Shown: positions 11,215-20,380 of the stretch, piece by piece
Layout of the letters: each line of letters opens with the position of its first letter
Position numbering within the stretch: position 1 is the first letter of the stretch
The notes under the pieces: model-generated
Databases searched by the model: none
What the model was told of the DNA's origin: nothing
What the model saw: the letters and a program-made list of their open reading frames with translations, nothing else
NCBI GenBank assembly: GCA_041650935.1
Contig: JBAZKH010000001.1
Coordinates: forward strand, 219,337-283,336
Source: Candidatus Omnitrophota bacterium
GTDB lineage: Bacteria > Omnitrophota > Gorgyraeia > 2-01-FULL-45-10
Reading direction: 5' to 3'
DNA length: 64,000 nt
Made by a program: the position numbers and the translations under genes

Positions 11215-11592
11215 ATGTCATCACAGAGGTCCGAGAGGGTTCAGGAAGCGTTACGGCAGGAGATATCCAGGATCGTCCAGGGCGAGATGAAGGATCCGCG
11301 GCTCGGTTTCATAACTATTACTAAAGTCGAGTTGACGAAAGACCTGAGGTATTCCAGGGTATACTTCAGCGTTCTGGGTGAGGAGAAAGATAAGAAATTG
11401 GCGCTTAAAGGGTTGAATAACGCCAAAGGCTATATAAAGGGCCTGCTCTCGGACAGGATAAAGTTAAGGTTTATGCCCGAAGTGGCATTTGTCATAGACG
11501 AGTCGCTGGAGCACACCAAGCATATATATGACATCCTCGATAAGATAAAAAAGGAGCGAAAAGATGAAACAGGTAATAGAGGCGATAAATAG
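11215..11592 (+). CDS. rbfA: ribosome-binding factor A
   Basis: RVQEALRQEISRIVQ...DPRLGFITITKVELTKDLRYSRVYFSV is an RbfA signature. The ATG at 11215 with a GAGAGGA RBS is preferred over the track start at 11188. Confidence 0.85.
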   Translation: MSSQRSERVQEALRQEISRIVQGEMKDPRLGFITITKVELTKDLRYSRVYFSVLGEEKDKKLALKGLNNAKGYIKGLLSDRIKLRFMPEVAFVIDESLEHTKHIYDILDKIKKERKDETGNRGDK

Positions 11593-12523
11593 GTACGACA
11601 AATTCCTGATTACCGCCCACGTTAATCTCGAAGGCGATTCTTTAGGAAGCCAGCTTGGCATGAAGGCGCTTCTCGATAGCCTTGGCAAGAAATCGATCAT
11701 AGTCGACAACGATCCCGTGCCGGATCATTATAAATTTTTACCGAAGGCCGACGAGGTATCGAGCGACCTGGCCCTTACGCGGGATTTTGACGCGGCGGTT
11801 ATCCTTGACTGCCCGACCATGAAGAGGATAGGCAAGGTGCGTGACCTTATTACGAAGGATAAATTTATCATAAATGTCGACCACCACATCTCCAATGAAA
11901 AATTCGGCGGTGTCAACTGGGTCGACCCCAACGCCAGTTCGGCCGGGGAGATGGTCTATAAGATATATAAAGAGATGGGGATAAAATTGACCAAAGAGAC
12001 CGCGCTCGTCCTGTATATCGCCATACTTACCGATACGGGCTCGTTCAATTATGACAACACCTCGAGCGTTACTCACGAGATAGCGGGAGAACTGCTCGGC
12101 TACGGCATCGATCCTGCGCGCGTCTCCGAAAGCGTCTATGAAAGGCGCTCCGTTGCGGACATAAAATTATTGAGCCGTGTCCTATCCACGATCAGGGTGA
12201 ATAAGACGGGCGACGTGGCATATCTGGAGATAACTAAGAAAATGCTCAAGGAGACCGGCGCCGATCTCGTCAAATCGGAAGGTTTCGTCAACTACGCGCG
12301 ATCGATCGATAAAGCGAGAGTTGCGGTGATATTCAAAGAGGATGCAGGCGACAAAGTGAACGTGAGTTTCCGGTCCAAAGGCGATGTGGACGTTAATAAA
12401 ATAGCGTCGTTCTTCAACGGCGGCGGCCACGTAAAGGCCTCCGGATGCATCGTCGAGGGGAGCCTGCCCGACGTTGAGAAAAAAGTCCTTGATAGGATCG
12501 AAGAGGCCTTGCGCGGGAAGTAA
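11564..12523 (+). CDS. nrnA: DHH-family bifunctional oligoribonuclease / pAp phosphatase NrnA
   Basis: DHH motifs (ITAHVNLEGDSLGS, DHH) and DHHA1 GGGH; its position in the rbfA-truB block is typical. Confidence 0.8.
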   Translation: MKQVIEAINRYDKFLITAHVNLEGDSLGSQLGMKALLDSLGKKSIIVDNDPVPDHYKFLPKADEVSSDLALTRDFDAAVILDCPTMKRIGKVRDLITKDKFIINVDHHISNEKFGGVNWVDPNASSAGEMVYKIYKEMGIKLTKETALVLYIAILTDTGSFNYDNTSSVTHEIAGELLGYGIDPARVSESVYERRSVADIKLLSRVLSTIRVNKTGDVAYLEITKKMLKETGADLVKSEGFVNYARSIDKARVAVIFKEDAGDKVNVSFRSKGDVDVNKIASFFNGGGHVKASGCIVEGSLPDVEKKVLDRIEEALRGK

Positions 12524-12555
12524 ATTTCGCTTATTTCCGCCGGATAGCCGCGCTG

Positions 12556-12590
12556 TTTCCACCCCGGGGTGGAAATGTGATGTGGCGAAC
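12556..12590. repeat. 20-nt perfect palindrome tttccaccccggggtggaaa plus adjacent box tgtgatgtggcgaac (degenerate relative of the MITE-like element)
   Basis: The palindrome core ttccaccccggggtggaa recurs in-frame at 49395 and 50727. gtgatgtggcga recurs in both MITE copies. Downstream cgaaaaaatccgaac (12619) resembles the MITE terminal repeat. Confidence 0.55.
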
Positions 12591-12636
12591 CACAGAGACA
12601 CATCGCATTAGACCGAATAACGAAAAAATCCGAACT

Positions 12637-13308
12637 ATGGATGGAGTATTAATAGTAAATAAGCCGCAGGGGATGACGAGCCACGACGTCGTCGATCTTA
12701 TCCGGCGGCGTTTCCGCATTAAGAAAGTCGGCCATGCCGGCACGCTCGACCCGATGGCAACAGGGGTCCTGGTCATCCTTCTGGGCAGCTATACGAAATT
12801 ATCTAACCAGTTCATGTCCGAGGAGAAAGATTATGAGGGCTCGCTCGTCCTTGGCGCGTCATCCGATACATGTGACGCGTGGGGCAAAGTAACACCCTCC
12901 GGCAAGGTTGTGGATTTTACCGCGGACGAAATAAGGACCGCATTCGAAAAATATCTGGGCCCTACGGAACAGACCCCTCCGCATTACTCGGCCGTCAAAG
13001 TAGAGGGACGCAAACTTTATGAACTCGCCAGGAAAGGCTTAAAGGTGGAGGTTCCACCCCGGAAAATAATAATAAAGAGCATGGAAGTGCTCAGAGTGGA
13101 TCTCCCGGAAGTTTCTTTCAGGCTTACGTGCTCGAAGGGGACTTATGTGCGCCAACTTTGCGACGACATCGGCAAAGACCTTGACTGCGGGGCTTATATG
13201 AGCCGTCTTGTCAGGACGAGATCGGGGCAATTCACGATAGATAAGTCGTTACCGCTGGAAGAACTGAGAAAGATGAATGCGGCCGGCCTGGAGAAGATAG
13301 TCAATTGA
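12637..13308 (+). CDS. truB: tRNA pseudouridine(55) synthase
   Basis: [19 protein letters not shown]...[14 protein letters not shown] is the TruB catalytic motif. The track ORF starts at 12577 but the extension covers a repeat element, so the ATG at 12637 is preferred. Confidence 0.9.
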   Translation: MDGVLIVNKPQGMTSHDVVDLIRRRFRIKKVGHAGTLDPMATGVLVILLGSYTKLSNQFMSEEKDYEGSLVLGASSDTCDAWGKVTPSGKVVDFTADEIRTAFEKYLGPTEQTPPHYSAVKVEGRKLYELARKGLKVEVPPRKIIIKSMEVLRVDLPEVSFRLTCSKGTYVRQLCDDIGKDLDCGAYMSRLVRTRSGQFTIDKSLPLEELRKMNAAGLEKIVN

Positions 13309-14255
13309 AGATTATACATGGTTTGCGATATTTGAAGCGGCAGCCAAAAGGCTCTGTCATAACGATAGGGGTCTTCGACGGAGTTCATACGGGGCATAAA
13401 AAGATAATAAAAGAAGCCGCGGCCGCCGCGGATAAGGCGCGCCTGGCGAACGTTGTCATAACTTTTGATCCCCATCCGGCCCGGGTTTTAAGGCTGTCCG
13501 ATAATGCTCCCAGTCTCATATCTTTACGGCACCGCGCGCGGCTCATCGCGGCGCTCGGCGCGGCGGTCCTGGTCGTAATAAAATTTACTAGAGCATTTGC
13601 GAGGACGTCCCCGGAAAGTTTTGTGAAGAATGTGCTGGTGGATAAATTGAGGGTTAGAGAGATCCGCATGGGCGGAGATTTTCATTTCGGCCGTGACGCT
13701 GATGCCGGCGCTGGAATTTTGCGGAAGTTTTCAAAGCCATACAACTATAAGGTTACTGTCATAAAACCGGTAAAGCGCGGCGGCCGCGTTGTAAGCTCAA
13801 GCCTGATCCGTAGATTCATAACGGATGGCAAACTCTCCGGAGCGGCAAAACTTCTCGGAAGGCCCGTTTCGGTACTTGGCACGATAGTTAAGGGTTCCGG
13901 CCTCGCAAAAGGGCTGGGTTACCCGACTGCCAATATCAATCCGCATCATGAGGTGATCCCGCCCCGCGGAGTCTATGCTGTAATAGCGCGTATTGGCGGG
14001 AAAAAAATACGGGGCGCCCTCAATATAGGCTTCAGGCCGACATTCTACAGCTCGCGTGACAAGGAACCCACCATCGAGGTTCACTTATTCGATTTTAAAG
14101 GCAATCTATATGGTAAGGATATAGAAGTATATTTTATCAAAAAGATAAGGGATGAGGTGAGATTCAAATCCGCGGCAGCATTGACGGCCCAGATAAGGAA
14201 AGATATGCGCGCGGTACAAAATGCTTTACAAAGTATGGGAAGTGTGTTAATATGA
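13305..14255 (+). CDS. ribF: bifunctional riboflavin kinase / FAD synthetase
   Basis: VITIGVFDGVHTGH (FAD synthetase) plus C-terminal riboflavin kinase; 4-nt overlap with truB; likely a TTG start. Confidence 0.9.
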   Translation: MKIIHGLRYLKRQPKGSVITIGVFDGVHTGHKKIIKEAAAAADKARLANVVITFDPHPARVLRLSDNAPSLISLRHRARLIAALGAAVLVVIKFTRAFARTSPESFVKNVLVDKLRVREIRMGGDFHFGRDADAGAGILRKFSKPYNYKVTVIKPVKRGGRVVSSSLIRRFITDGKLSGAAKLLGRPVSVLGTIVKGSGLAKGLGYPTANINPHHEVIPPRGVYAVIARIGGKKIRGALNIGFRPTFYSSRDKEPTIEVHLFDFKGNLYGKDIEVYFIKKIRDEVRFKSAAALTAQIRKDMRAVQNALQSMGSVLI

Positions 14256-14277
14256 TCAAAAAGCGAGGTAATATAAG

Positions 14278-14547
14278 ATGACATTAGTAAAAGAGAAGAA
14301 GAAAGAGTTGATAGAGAAATTTAAAGAGCACGAGAAAGACACCGGCTCGCCGAGTGTGCAGATAGCGCTTCTTACGGAGCGGATAAATTCGCTTTCGGAG
14401 CATTTCAAGTCCCACAAGCGCGATCACCACTCAAGACGCGGCCTGCTCAGGATGGTAAGTGTCCGGAGAAGGCTTCTGGAGTACCTTAAGAAAAGCGACG
14501 AAAAAGAATATCACACTCTTATAAAGCGGCTTGACCTCAGGAAATAG
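14278..14547 (+). CDS. rpsO: 30S ribosomal protein S15
   Basis: 89 aa; [35 protein letters not shown] is the S15 signature. Confidence 0.95.
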   Translation: MTLVKEKKKELIEKFKEHEKDTGSPSVQIALLTERINSLSEHFKSHKRDHHSRRGLLRMVSVRRRLLEYLKKSDEKEYHTLIKRLDLRK

Positions 14548-14594
14548 AGTCCCCCCGGCAGTTCCCGCGGGGCGGATAACAGACAAAGGATAAA

Positions 14595-16745
14595 ATGACT
14601 AAAAAATTCGAAACAAAATTAGGCGAAAATGTTTTAATTATAGAAACCGGCAGGATGGCAAAACAGGCGGATGGCGCGGTGACGGTACAACTGGGCGGGA
14701 CGATCGTACTTGTAACGGCAGTCTGTTCGGGCGAACCGAGGGAAGGTATCGACTTTTTTCCGCTGACGTGCGAGTACCAGGAGAAGACGTACGCGGCCGG
14801 AAAAATTCCCGGCGGGTTCTTTAAGAGAGAAGGCAGGCCCTCCGAAAAAGAGATATTATCGGCCCGTTTGATGGACAGGCCTATAAGGCCGCTATTCCCG
14901 AAAGGATTTATATACGAGACCCAGATAGTCGCCATGGTAATTTCGAGCGATGGTGAGAACGATTCCGATGTGCTCGCAATGATAGGCGCGTCGACGGCGC
15001 TCTCCATCTCCGACATCCCGTTCGCCGGCCCGATAGGCACGATACGGGTAGGCAGGATCGACGGCAAGTTCGTCATAAATCCGACATTTCAACAGCTCGA
15101 ATCGAGCGACCTCGATCTCGTCGTTGTCGGGACGCGTTCGTCCGTAGTCATGGTCGAGTCCGGTTCGAACGAGCTTAGCGAAGATGTCATAGCGGAAGCT
15201 ATTAAAGCGGGTCATAAAGAGCTCCAGAAGGTAATCGACATCCAGGAAGAGATGATAAAGGCTGTCGGTAAGTCAAAGAGGCAGGTGGAATTTTACACTA
15301 TAGACGAAGAGCTGATCAAAAAAGTGAGGGACCTGTCGGTTGCGCGGCTCGATGAGATAAACAGGATGAGCACTAAGGAACAGCGCGAAGAGGCGATGAG
15401 CATACTCTCGAAAGGTCTGGTCGAAAAACTCGTGACGGAAGAGTCCGAATATTCCTTATCCGACGTCAAGAGCGCCTTGAACGAAGTCGAAGAGGAAGAG
15501 ATCAGGAAATTTATCGTAAAGAACAGGAAGAGAGTCGACGGCAGGGCATTTGACGAGATACGGAAGATTTCCTGCGAGACCGGGATCCTGCCGAGGACGC
15601 ACGGCTCCGGGCTGTTTACCCGGGGGCAGACACAATCGCTTTCGGTTACGACACTGGGCACCAGCCAGGACGAGCAGACAATAGATGCGCTCGAGGGCGA
15701 GACGCAAAAGAGCTTTATGCTCCACTATAATTTCCCGCCGTTCTCGGTGGGCGAGGCAAGGCCGATGAGAGGGCCCGGAAGACGCGAAATAGGGCACGGT
15801 GCGCTTGCGGAACGGGCGCTTAAGGCGGTCATGCCGTCGAAGGACAAATTCCCATACACCGTCAGGGTGGTTTCCGATATATTGGAGTCGAACGGTTCGT
15901 CCAGCATGGCGACGGTATGCGCCAGTTCGCTTTCGCTGATGGATGCGGGCGTCCCCATAAAAGAGCCGGTCAGCGGTATAGCGATCGGACTTGTAAAAGA
16001 GGGGAAAGAGGAGATACTGCTGATAGATATAGGCGGCGTCGAGGATCATTACGGGGACATGGATTTCAAGGTCGCCGGCACAAAGAACGGTATCACCGCT
16101 CTTCAGATGGATCTGAAGATACAGGGTGTCAGCCACGAGCTTATCAAAAAGGCGCTCGATGCCGGCAAGGCGGCCCGCGCGTTCATAATGGATAAGATGG
16201 TGAACACCATCTCCAGGCCGAAAGAGGCTATATCGGAATTTGCGCCGCATATCACGAGCTTCAAGATACCACAGTCGAAGATCGGCGAAGTTATAGGCCC
16301 CGGCGGAAAGAATATAAAGAAGATAATCCAGGAGTTCAGCGTTACCGTCGATATCGATGATGACGGTATTGTCCAGGTTGCTTCTACGGACGGCATGGCC
16401 ATAGAGAAAGCGGTCGCGGTGATAAGAGGGATGGTCGAAGAGCCGGAAATCGGCAGGATATATAAGGGTAAGGTCAAAAGGATAATGAATTTCGGCGCGT
16501 TCTGCGAGATACTTCCGGGCAAGGAAGGCCTGGTCCATGTCTCGGAGCTCGCAAATAAATTCGTAAAGACCGTAGAAGAAGTAGTCAAGATCGGCGACGA
16601 GATAACGGTTAAGGTCATAGAGATAGACGATCAGGGCAGGGTCAATCTCTCGAAGAGACAGGCGGACCCGGATTGGACCCCGGAAATGGCGGAGAAGGCG
16701 GAACGTGAAAAGCGGGACCGCCCGCCGCGCCGTAAGAGAGAATAG
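14595..16745 (+). CDS. pnp: polyribonucleotide nucleotidyltransferase (PNPase)
   Basis: 716 aa; two RNase PH domains, KH and S1 (GKVKRIMNFGAFCEILPGKEGLVHVSEL). Confidence 0.95.
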   Translation: MTKKFETKLGENVLIIETGRMAKQADGAVTVQLGGTIVLVTAVCSGEPREGIDFFPLTCEYQEKTYAAGKIPGGFFKREGRPSEKEILSARLMDRPIRPLFPKGFIYETQIVAMVISSDGENDSDVLAMIGASTALSISDIPFAGPIGTIRVGRIDGKFVINPTFQQLESSDLDLVVVGTRSSVVMVESGSNELSEDVIAEAIKAGHKELQKVIDIQEEMIKAVGKSKRQVEFYTIDEELIKKVRDLSVARLDEINRMSTKEQREEAMSILSKGLVEKLVTEESEYSLSDVKSALNEVEEEEIRKFIVKNRKRVDGRAFDEIRKISCETGILPRTHGSGLFTRGQTQSLSVTTLGTSQDEQTIDALEGETQKSFMLHYNFPPFSVGEARPMRGPGRREIGHGALAERALKAVMPSKDKFPYTVRVVSDILESNGSSSMATVCASSLSLMDAGVPIKEPVSGIAIGLVKEGKEEILLIDIGGVEDHYGDMDFKVAGTKNGITALQMDLKIQGVSHELIKKALDAGKAARAFIMDKMVNTISRPKEAISEFAPHITSFKIPQSKIGEVIGPGGKNIKKIIQEFSVTVDIDDDGIVQVASTDGMAIEKAVAVIRGMVEEPEIGRIYKGKVKRIMNFGAFCEILPGKEGLVHVSELANKFVKTVEEVVKIGDEITVKVIEIDDQGRVNLSKRQADPDWTPEMAEKAEREKRDRPPRRKRE

Positions 16746-16813
16746 CTGTTATAATTAAAATTTGGAAATTGATTTGTCATTTGAATTTAGACATTGAGCA
16801 TTTCGGCTAAACG

Positions 16814-17263
16814 TTGAAAACAGTCAAGGTAGGCCTTAAAAGAAAAGATGGTTGCGAGGATCTCCCTCTTCCGCGGTATGCTACACCCGGTGCGAGCGGC
16901 ATGGATCTATGCGCCGATGTAGAAGGAGAAATCGTAATACTGCCAGGCGAGATCAAGCTCATATCGTCTGGCATTTATTTAAGCATACCGCATGGATATG
17001 AAGCCGAGATAAGGCCGAGGAGCGGGTTGGCGCTGAAACACGGCGTGAGCCTGGTCAATACGCCCGGTACCATAGATTCCGATTATAGGGGGCTTCTCAG
17101 CCTCATAATGATCAATCACGGCAAGGCCCCTTTTACGATACGGCGCGGCGACAGGGTCGCGCAGATGGTGATAAAAGAGGTTACAAAGGCCGAGATCGAA
17201 ATAAGAGATTCCCTGGATGAAACTGTAAGGTCCGCCGGAGGTTTCGGCCATACAGGCCGGTGA
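16814..17263 (+). CDS. dut: dUTP diphosphatase
   Basis: LPLPRYATPGASGMDL and GTIDSDYRG dUTPase motifs; TTG start inferred from alignment to the canonical N-terminus. Confidence 0.85.
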   Translation: MKTVKVGLKRKDGCEDLPLPRYATPGASGMDLCADVEGEIVILPGEIKLISSGIYLSIPHGYEAEIRPRSGLALKHGVSLVNTPGTIDSDYRGLLSLIMINHGKAPFTIRRGDRVAQMVIKEVTKAEIEIRDSLDETVRSAGGFGHTGR

Positions 17264-17320
17264 AACTATAAATACGAGATTCGTATTTCGAATTTACCGC
17301 ATTGCGAGCGACTATTAATT

Positions 17321-19558
17321 ATGGATAAGACCAGGTGGAACGAGATCCAGGCAATATTACTCTTCGCTGTAGCCATCCTTATCTTTACCAGCCTGATCAC
17401 ATTCAGCTTTCAGGATTTGTCCGCGTTTACATCTAATCCAAACGTCCCGGTCAGGAATTTCGCCGGACTCTTCGGTGTATACATAGGCGCGGCCCTCTTC
17501 TTTCTTATGGGGCTGAGCTCGTACGTCATACCGCTTCTTGTTGTCAGCTGGGCTGTCGCCAGGCTCTATGGGATAACTCCGCAGAAGATTCTTTTCAAGC
17601 TCTTCGGGACACTCTTTCTTATACTTGCTTCCAGCTCGATATTTTCACTGATCGGGCGGGGCGATAATTCATTCAGGTTTTCGCTGGGCGGGATCGCCGG
17701 CCTGATATTTTCCGATTTTCTTGTAAAGTACCTGGGCAGGGGCGGCGCCATCCTTGTAATAGTCGTCCTATTCCTCCTCTCCGTATTACTGGCGACCGAA
17801 TTCCTGCTGCTGCCTTTCCTTGTCAATCTATTCTCAAGGATAAGAGGCAAAGGGCGGAACCTTGCCGGGATAGATCTTTTACCCGGCACAGCGTCTGCCG
17901 CAAGGTCAAGGGGCAAGGCCGCTGTTAACCTAACGGTCAAAAAGCCGGTTATGAAACTTCCTGTGGTGGAGGATAAGACAGCTGTGCGTGCCCCCGAAAA
18001 ACCCAGAGAGCGTGAACCGATAAAGATAGTATCGGCTGAGGAAAATAGGAAGGAGACCCCCAGCCGTTCGGCGAGCATCCGCGCCTCAGGTTCGGGGCAA
18101 ACGCCGGTCCAGGAGGTATTGAAGACGGATCCGAGCCGCTCGGGCGTATTTAATCTCCCTGGGATTGACCTGCTCGATACGCCGCCGCCAATAGAGACAA
18201 GGCGCATCAAGGACGATCTCGAAGGGAACGCGCGCATCCTCGAAGAGACGCTTATGGATTTCGATATCGAAGCGAAGGTCGTCGAGATAAATAAGGGCCC
18301 GGTTATAACGCGATATGAAATGGAGCCGGCGCCGGGGGTAAAGATACACAGGATAACGTCTTTAAGCGACAACATAGCGCTGGCGATGAAGGCCCAGTCC
18401 GTGAGAATCGTCGCTCCGGTGCCGGGTAAGGGCACGATCGGTTTCGAAGTCCCGAATTCCTCGAGCTCATTGGTATATTTGAAAGACGTCCTCGATTCGA
18501 AGGAGCACAGGGAGTCGAAATCGAAATTAAAACTCGCTCTCGGCAAAGATATCGCCGGTGCGTCCGTGATCGCGGATCTCGCGACGATGCCGCATCTTTT
18601 GATAGCGGGCGCCACGGGCTCAGGCAAGACGGTCTGCGTAAATACTATAATCACGACTCTCCTCTATAATTTGACTCCGGAAGAGGTCAAATTTATTATG
18701 ATAGATCCAAAAAGGGTCGAGCTTGCGGTATTTAACGATCTGCCGCATCTATTGTCACCGGTCGTGACGGATGCGAAGAAGGTGGCGAGCACGCTCGATT
18801 GGGTCGTCAGCGAGATGGATTCGCGGTATGAACTCTTCGCGAAGTCCGGAGTGAGGAATATCGATCTTTACAATGAAAAATTCGGGAAAGAGCCCAATAG
18901 CAAGCTTCCTTATATAGTTATAATCATAGATGAGCTGGCCGATCTTATGATGGTGGCGCAGGCGGATGTTGAGGGCGCCATAACGAGGCTAGCCCAGCTT
19001 TCGCGCGCCGTCGGTATTCATATTATAATAGCCACCCAGCGCCCGTCCGTTGACGTAATTACCGGCGTCATCAAGGCCAATTTCCCGGCGAGGATATCTT
19101 TCAAGGTCGCTTCCAAGGTCGATTCCCGAACGGTGCTCGATATAAACGGCGCGGACAAACTTCTCGGACGAGGGGACATGCTCTTCGTGGAGCCGGGCGC
19201 ATCGAAGCCGGTGAGAGCGCAGTGCAGCCTTATAAGCGATAAAGAGATCGAGAGGATAACGGGTTTCATAAAGGCGCAGCGCGGGCCGGAATATGTCAGC
19301 GGTATCCTGGATGTCCAGAAGAAGACCAGTTTCAAGAAGTTCGAAAAGGACGAGGTCTACGAAGAGGCGGTGAAGCTTATACTCGAATCCCGCCAGGCTT
19401 CCGTTTCCGTCCTTCAGCGGCGCCTCGGGCTCGGTTACACCAGGGCCGCGCGTCTCATAGATATGATGGAAGATGAGGGGCTCGTAGGGCCTTATCAGGG
19501 CTCCAAGCCAAGGGATATACTTGTATCCGTAGAGGAATACCAGACGAAGAATGGCTAA
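17321..19558 (+). CDS. ftsK: DNA translocase FtsK
   Basis: N-terminal TM helices, linker, then the FtsK/SpoIIIE motor with Walker A GATGSGKT and a C-terminal gamma wHTH. Confidence 0.95.
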   Translation: MDKTRWNEIQAILLFAVAILIFTSLITFSFQDLSAFTSNPNVPVRNFAGLFGVYIGAALFFLMGLSSYVIPLLVVSWAVARLYGITPQKILFKLFGTLFLILASSSIFSLIGRGDNSFRFSLGGIAGLIFSDFLVKYLGRGGAILVIVVLFLLSVLLATEFLLLPFLVNLFSRIRGKGRNLAGIDLLPGTASAARSRGKAAVNLTVKKPVMKLPVVEDKTAVRAPEKPREREPIKIVSAEENRKETPSRSASIRASGSGQTPVQEVLKTDPSRSGVFNLPGIDLLDTPPPIETRRIKDDLEGNARILEETLMDFDIEAKVVEINKGPVITRYEMEPAPGVKIHRITSLSDNIALAMKAQSVRIVAPVPGKGTIGFEVPNSSSSLVYLKDVLDSKEHRESKSKLKLALGKDIAGASVIADLATMPHLLIAGATGSGKTVCVNTIITTLLYNLTPEEVKFIMIDPKRVELAVFNDLPHLLSPVVTDAKKVASTLDWVVSEMDSRYELFAKSGVRNIDLYNEKFGKEPNSKLPYIVIIIDELADLMMVAQADVEGAITRLAQLSRAVGIHIIIATQRPSVDVITGVIKANFPARISFKVASKVDSRTVLDINGADKLLGRGDMLFVEPGASKPVRAQCSLISDKEIERITGFIKAQRGPEYVSGILDVQKKTSFKKFEKDEVYEEAVKLILESRQASVSVLQRRLGLGYTRAARLIDMMEDEGLVGPYQGSKPRDILVSVEEYQTKNG

Positions 19559-20342
19559 CGTCCAGGGAAACGATAAGAAGATCACGATCGCCGATATAGG
19601 GGAGCGGCTGCGCCAGGCCAGGGAGAAGCGGGGCCTGACCCTCGAGCAGGTGCAGAAGCAGACGCATATACATTCGACCGTCCTGACGGCGCTGGAAGAC
19701 GGCCGGTGCGATGATATCCTGACACCCAATTACGTAAAGAGCTTCCTAAAAGAATATGCCGGTTATCTCGGGTTCGACCACGAAGCGCTCGTCGGAGAGT
19801 ACCTGACCATCCACCCCGAGCTGAAGGGTAAGAATATAAATTTTAATATGGGCAAGATACCCGGCGGGCCGTATCCGAATCTTGGCAGGATCGTACGGAT
19901 AGGACGGTCGGTAATAATATTTTTCCTTGCGATATCCCTGGTAATATTCGTGAGCGTCAAGACCGCCGCGTTTTTAAAAAATTCGAAAGCCGTGAAAAAA
20001 GCGCCCATCTCCAAGTACGCCAAGGCTGCTCCCCGGGAGAACCCTGCCGCTCCCAGGGCCGCTTCTCAAAAAAAACCGTTTACGAAGAACGTCCCGTTCA
20101 CCATGACATTGAAGGTCAGGAACCCCGTTATGGTCCAGCTTAAGAAAGACGGTGTCATTATATTCAAACGCGTCCTGCCTAAAGGCATGGAAGAGGCCTT
20201 CGCGGCCAATAACACCATAAATATGTTTGTCGGCCGGGCGGAGGCAATCGAAATAGCGGTAAACGGCAAATCTCTCGGCTCCCCGGGCAGGGGTGTCATG
20301 AGAAATATAGAAGTTACATCAAACGGCGTAAAGGTCAGGTAA
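19551..20342 (+). CDS. rodZ: RodZ-like cytoskeleton protein (N-terminal HTH, TM, C-terminal DUF4115-like)
   Basis: IGERLRQAREKRGLTLEQVQKQTHIHSTVLTALE XRE-type HTH, a single TM segment and a conserved C-terminal beta-domain. Confidence 0.6.
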   Translation: MANVQGNDKKITIADIGERLRQAREKRGLTLEQVQKQTHIHSTVLTALEDGRCDDILTPNYVKSFLKEYAGYLGFDHEALVGEYLTIHPELKGKNINFNMGKIPGGPYPNLGRIVRIGRSVIIFFLAISLVIFVSVKTAAFLKNSKAVKKAPISKYAKAAPRENPAAPRAASQKKPFTKNVPFTMTLKVRNPVMVQLKKDGVIIFKRVLPKGMEEAFAANNTINMFVGRAEAIEIAVNGKSLGSPGRGVMRNIEVTSNGVKVR

Positions 20343-20380
20343 GATGCGCTATCCTGTAACGGCCTTGCCGGTCCAATCTT

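Noticed and set aside
12577-12636. N-terminal 20-aa extension of truB in the ORF track ([20 protein letters not shown])
   Set aside because: It is encoded by the palindrome/repeat element. The canonical TruB N-terminus begins at the ATG at 12637.
15456-16538. 360-aa ORF on the - strand
   Set aside because: Antisense within pnp; the translation is Arg/Leu/Pro-rich low-complexity sequence typical of shadow ORFs.
17566-18654. 362-aa ORF on the - strand
   Set aside because: Antisense within ftsK; Ser/Pro/Arg-rich, no motifs.
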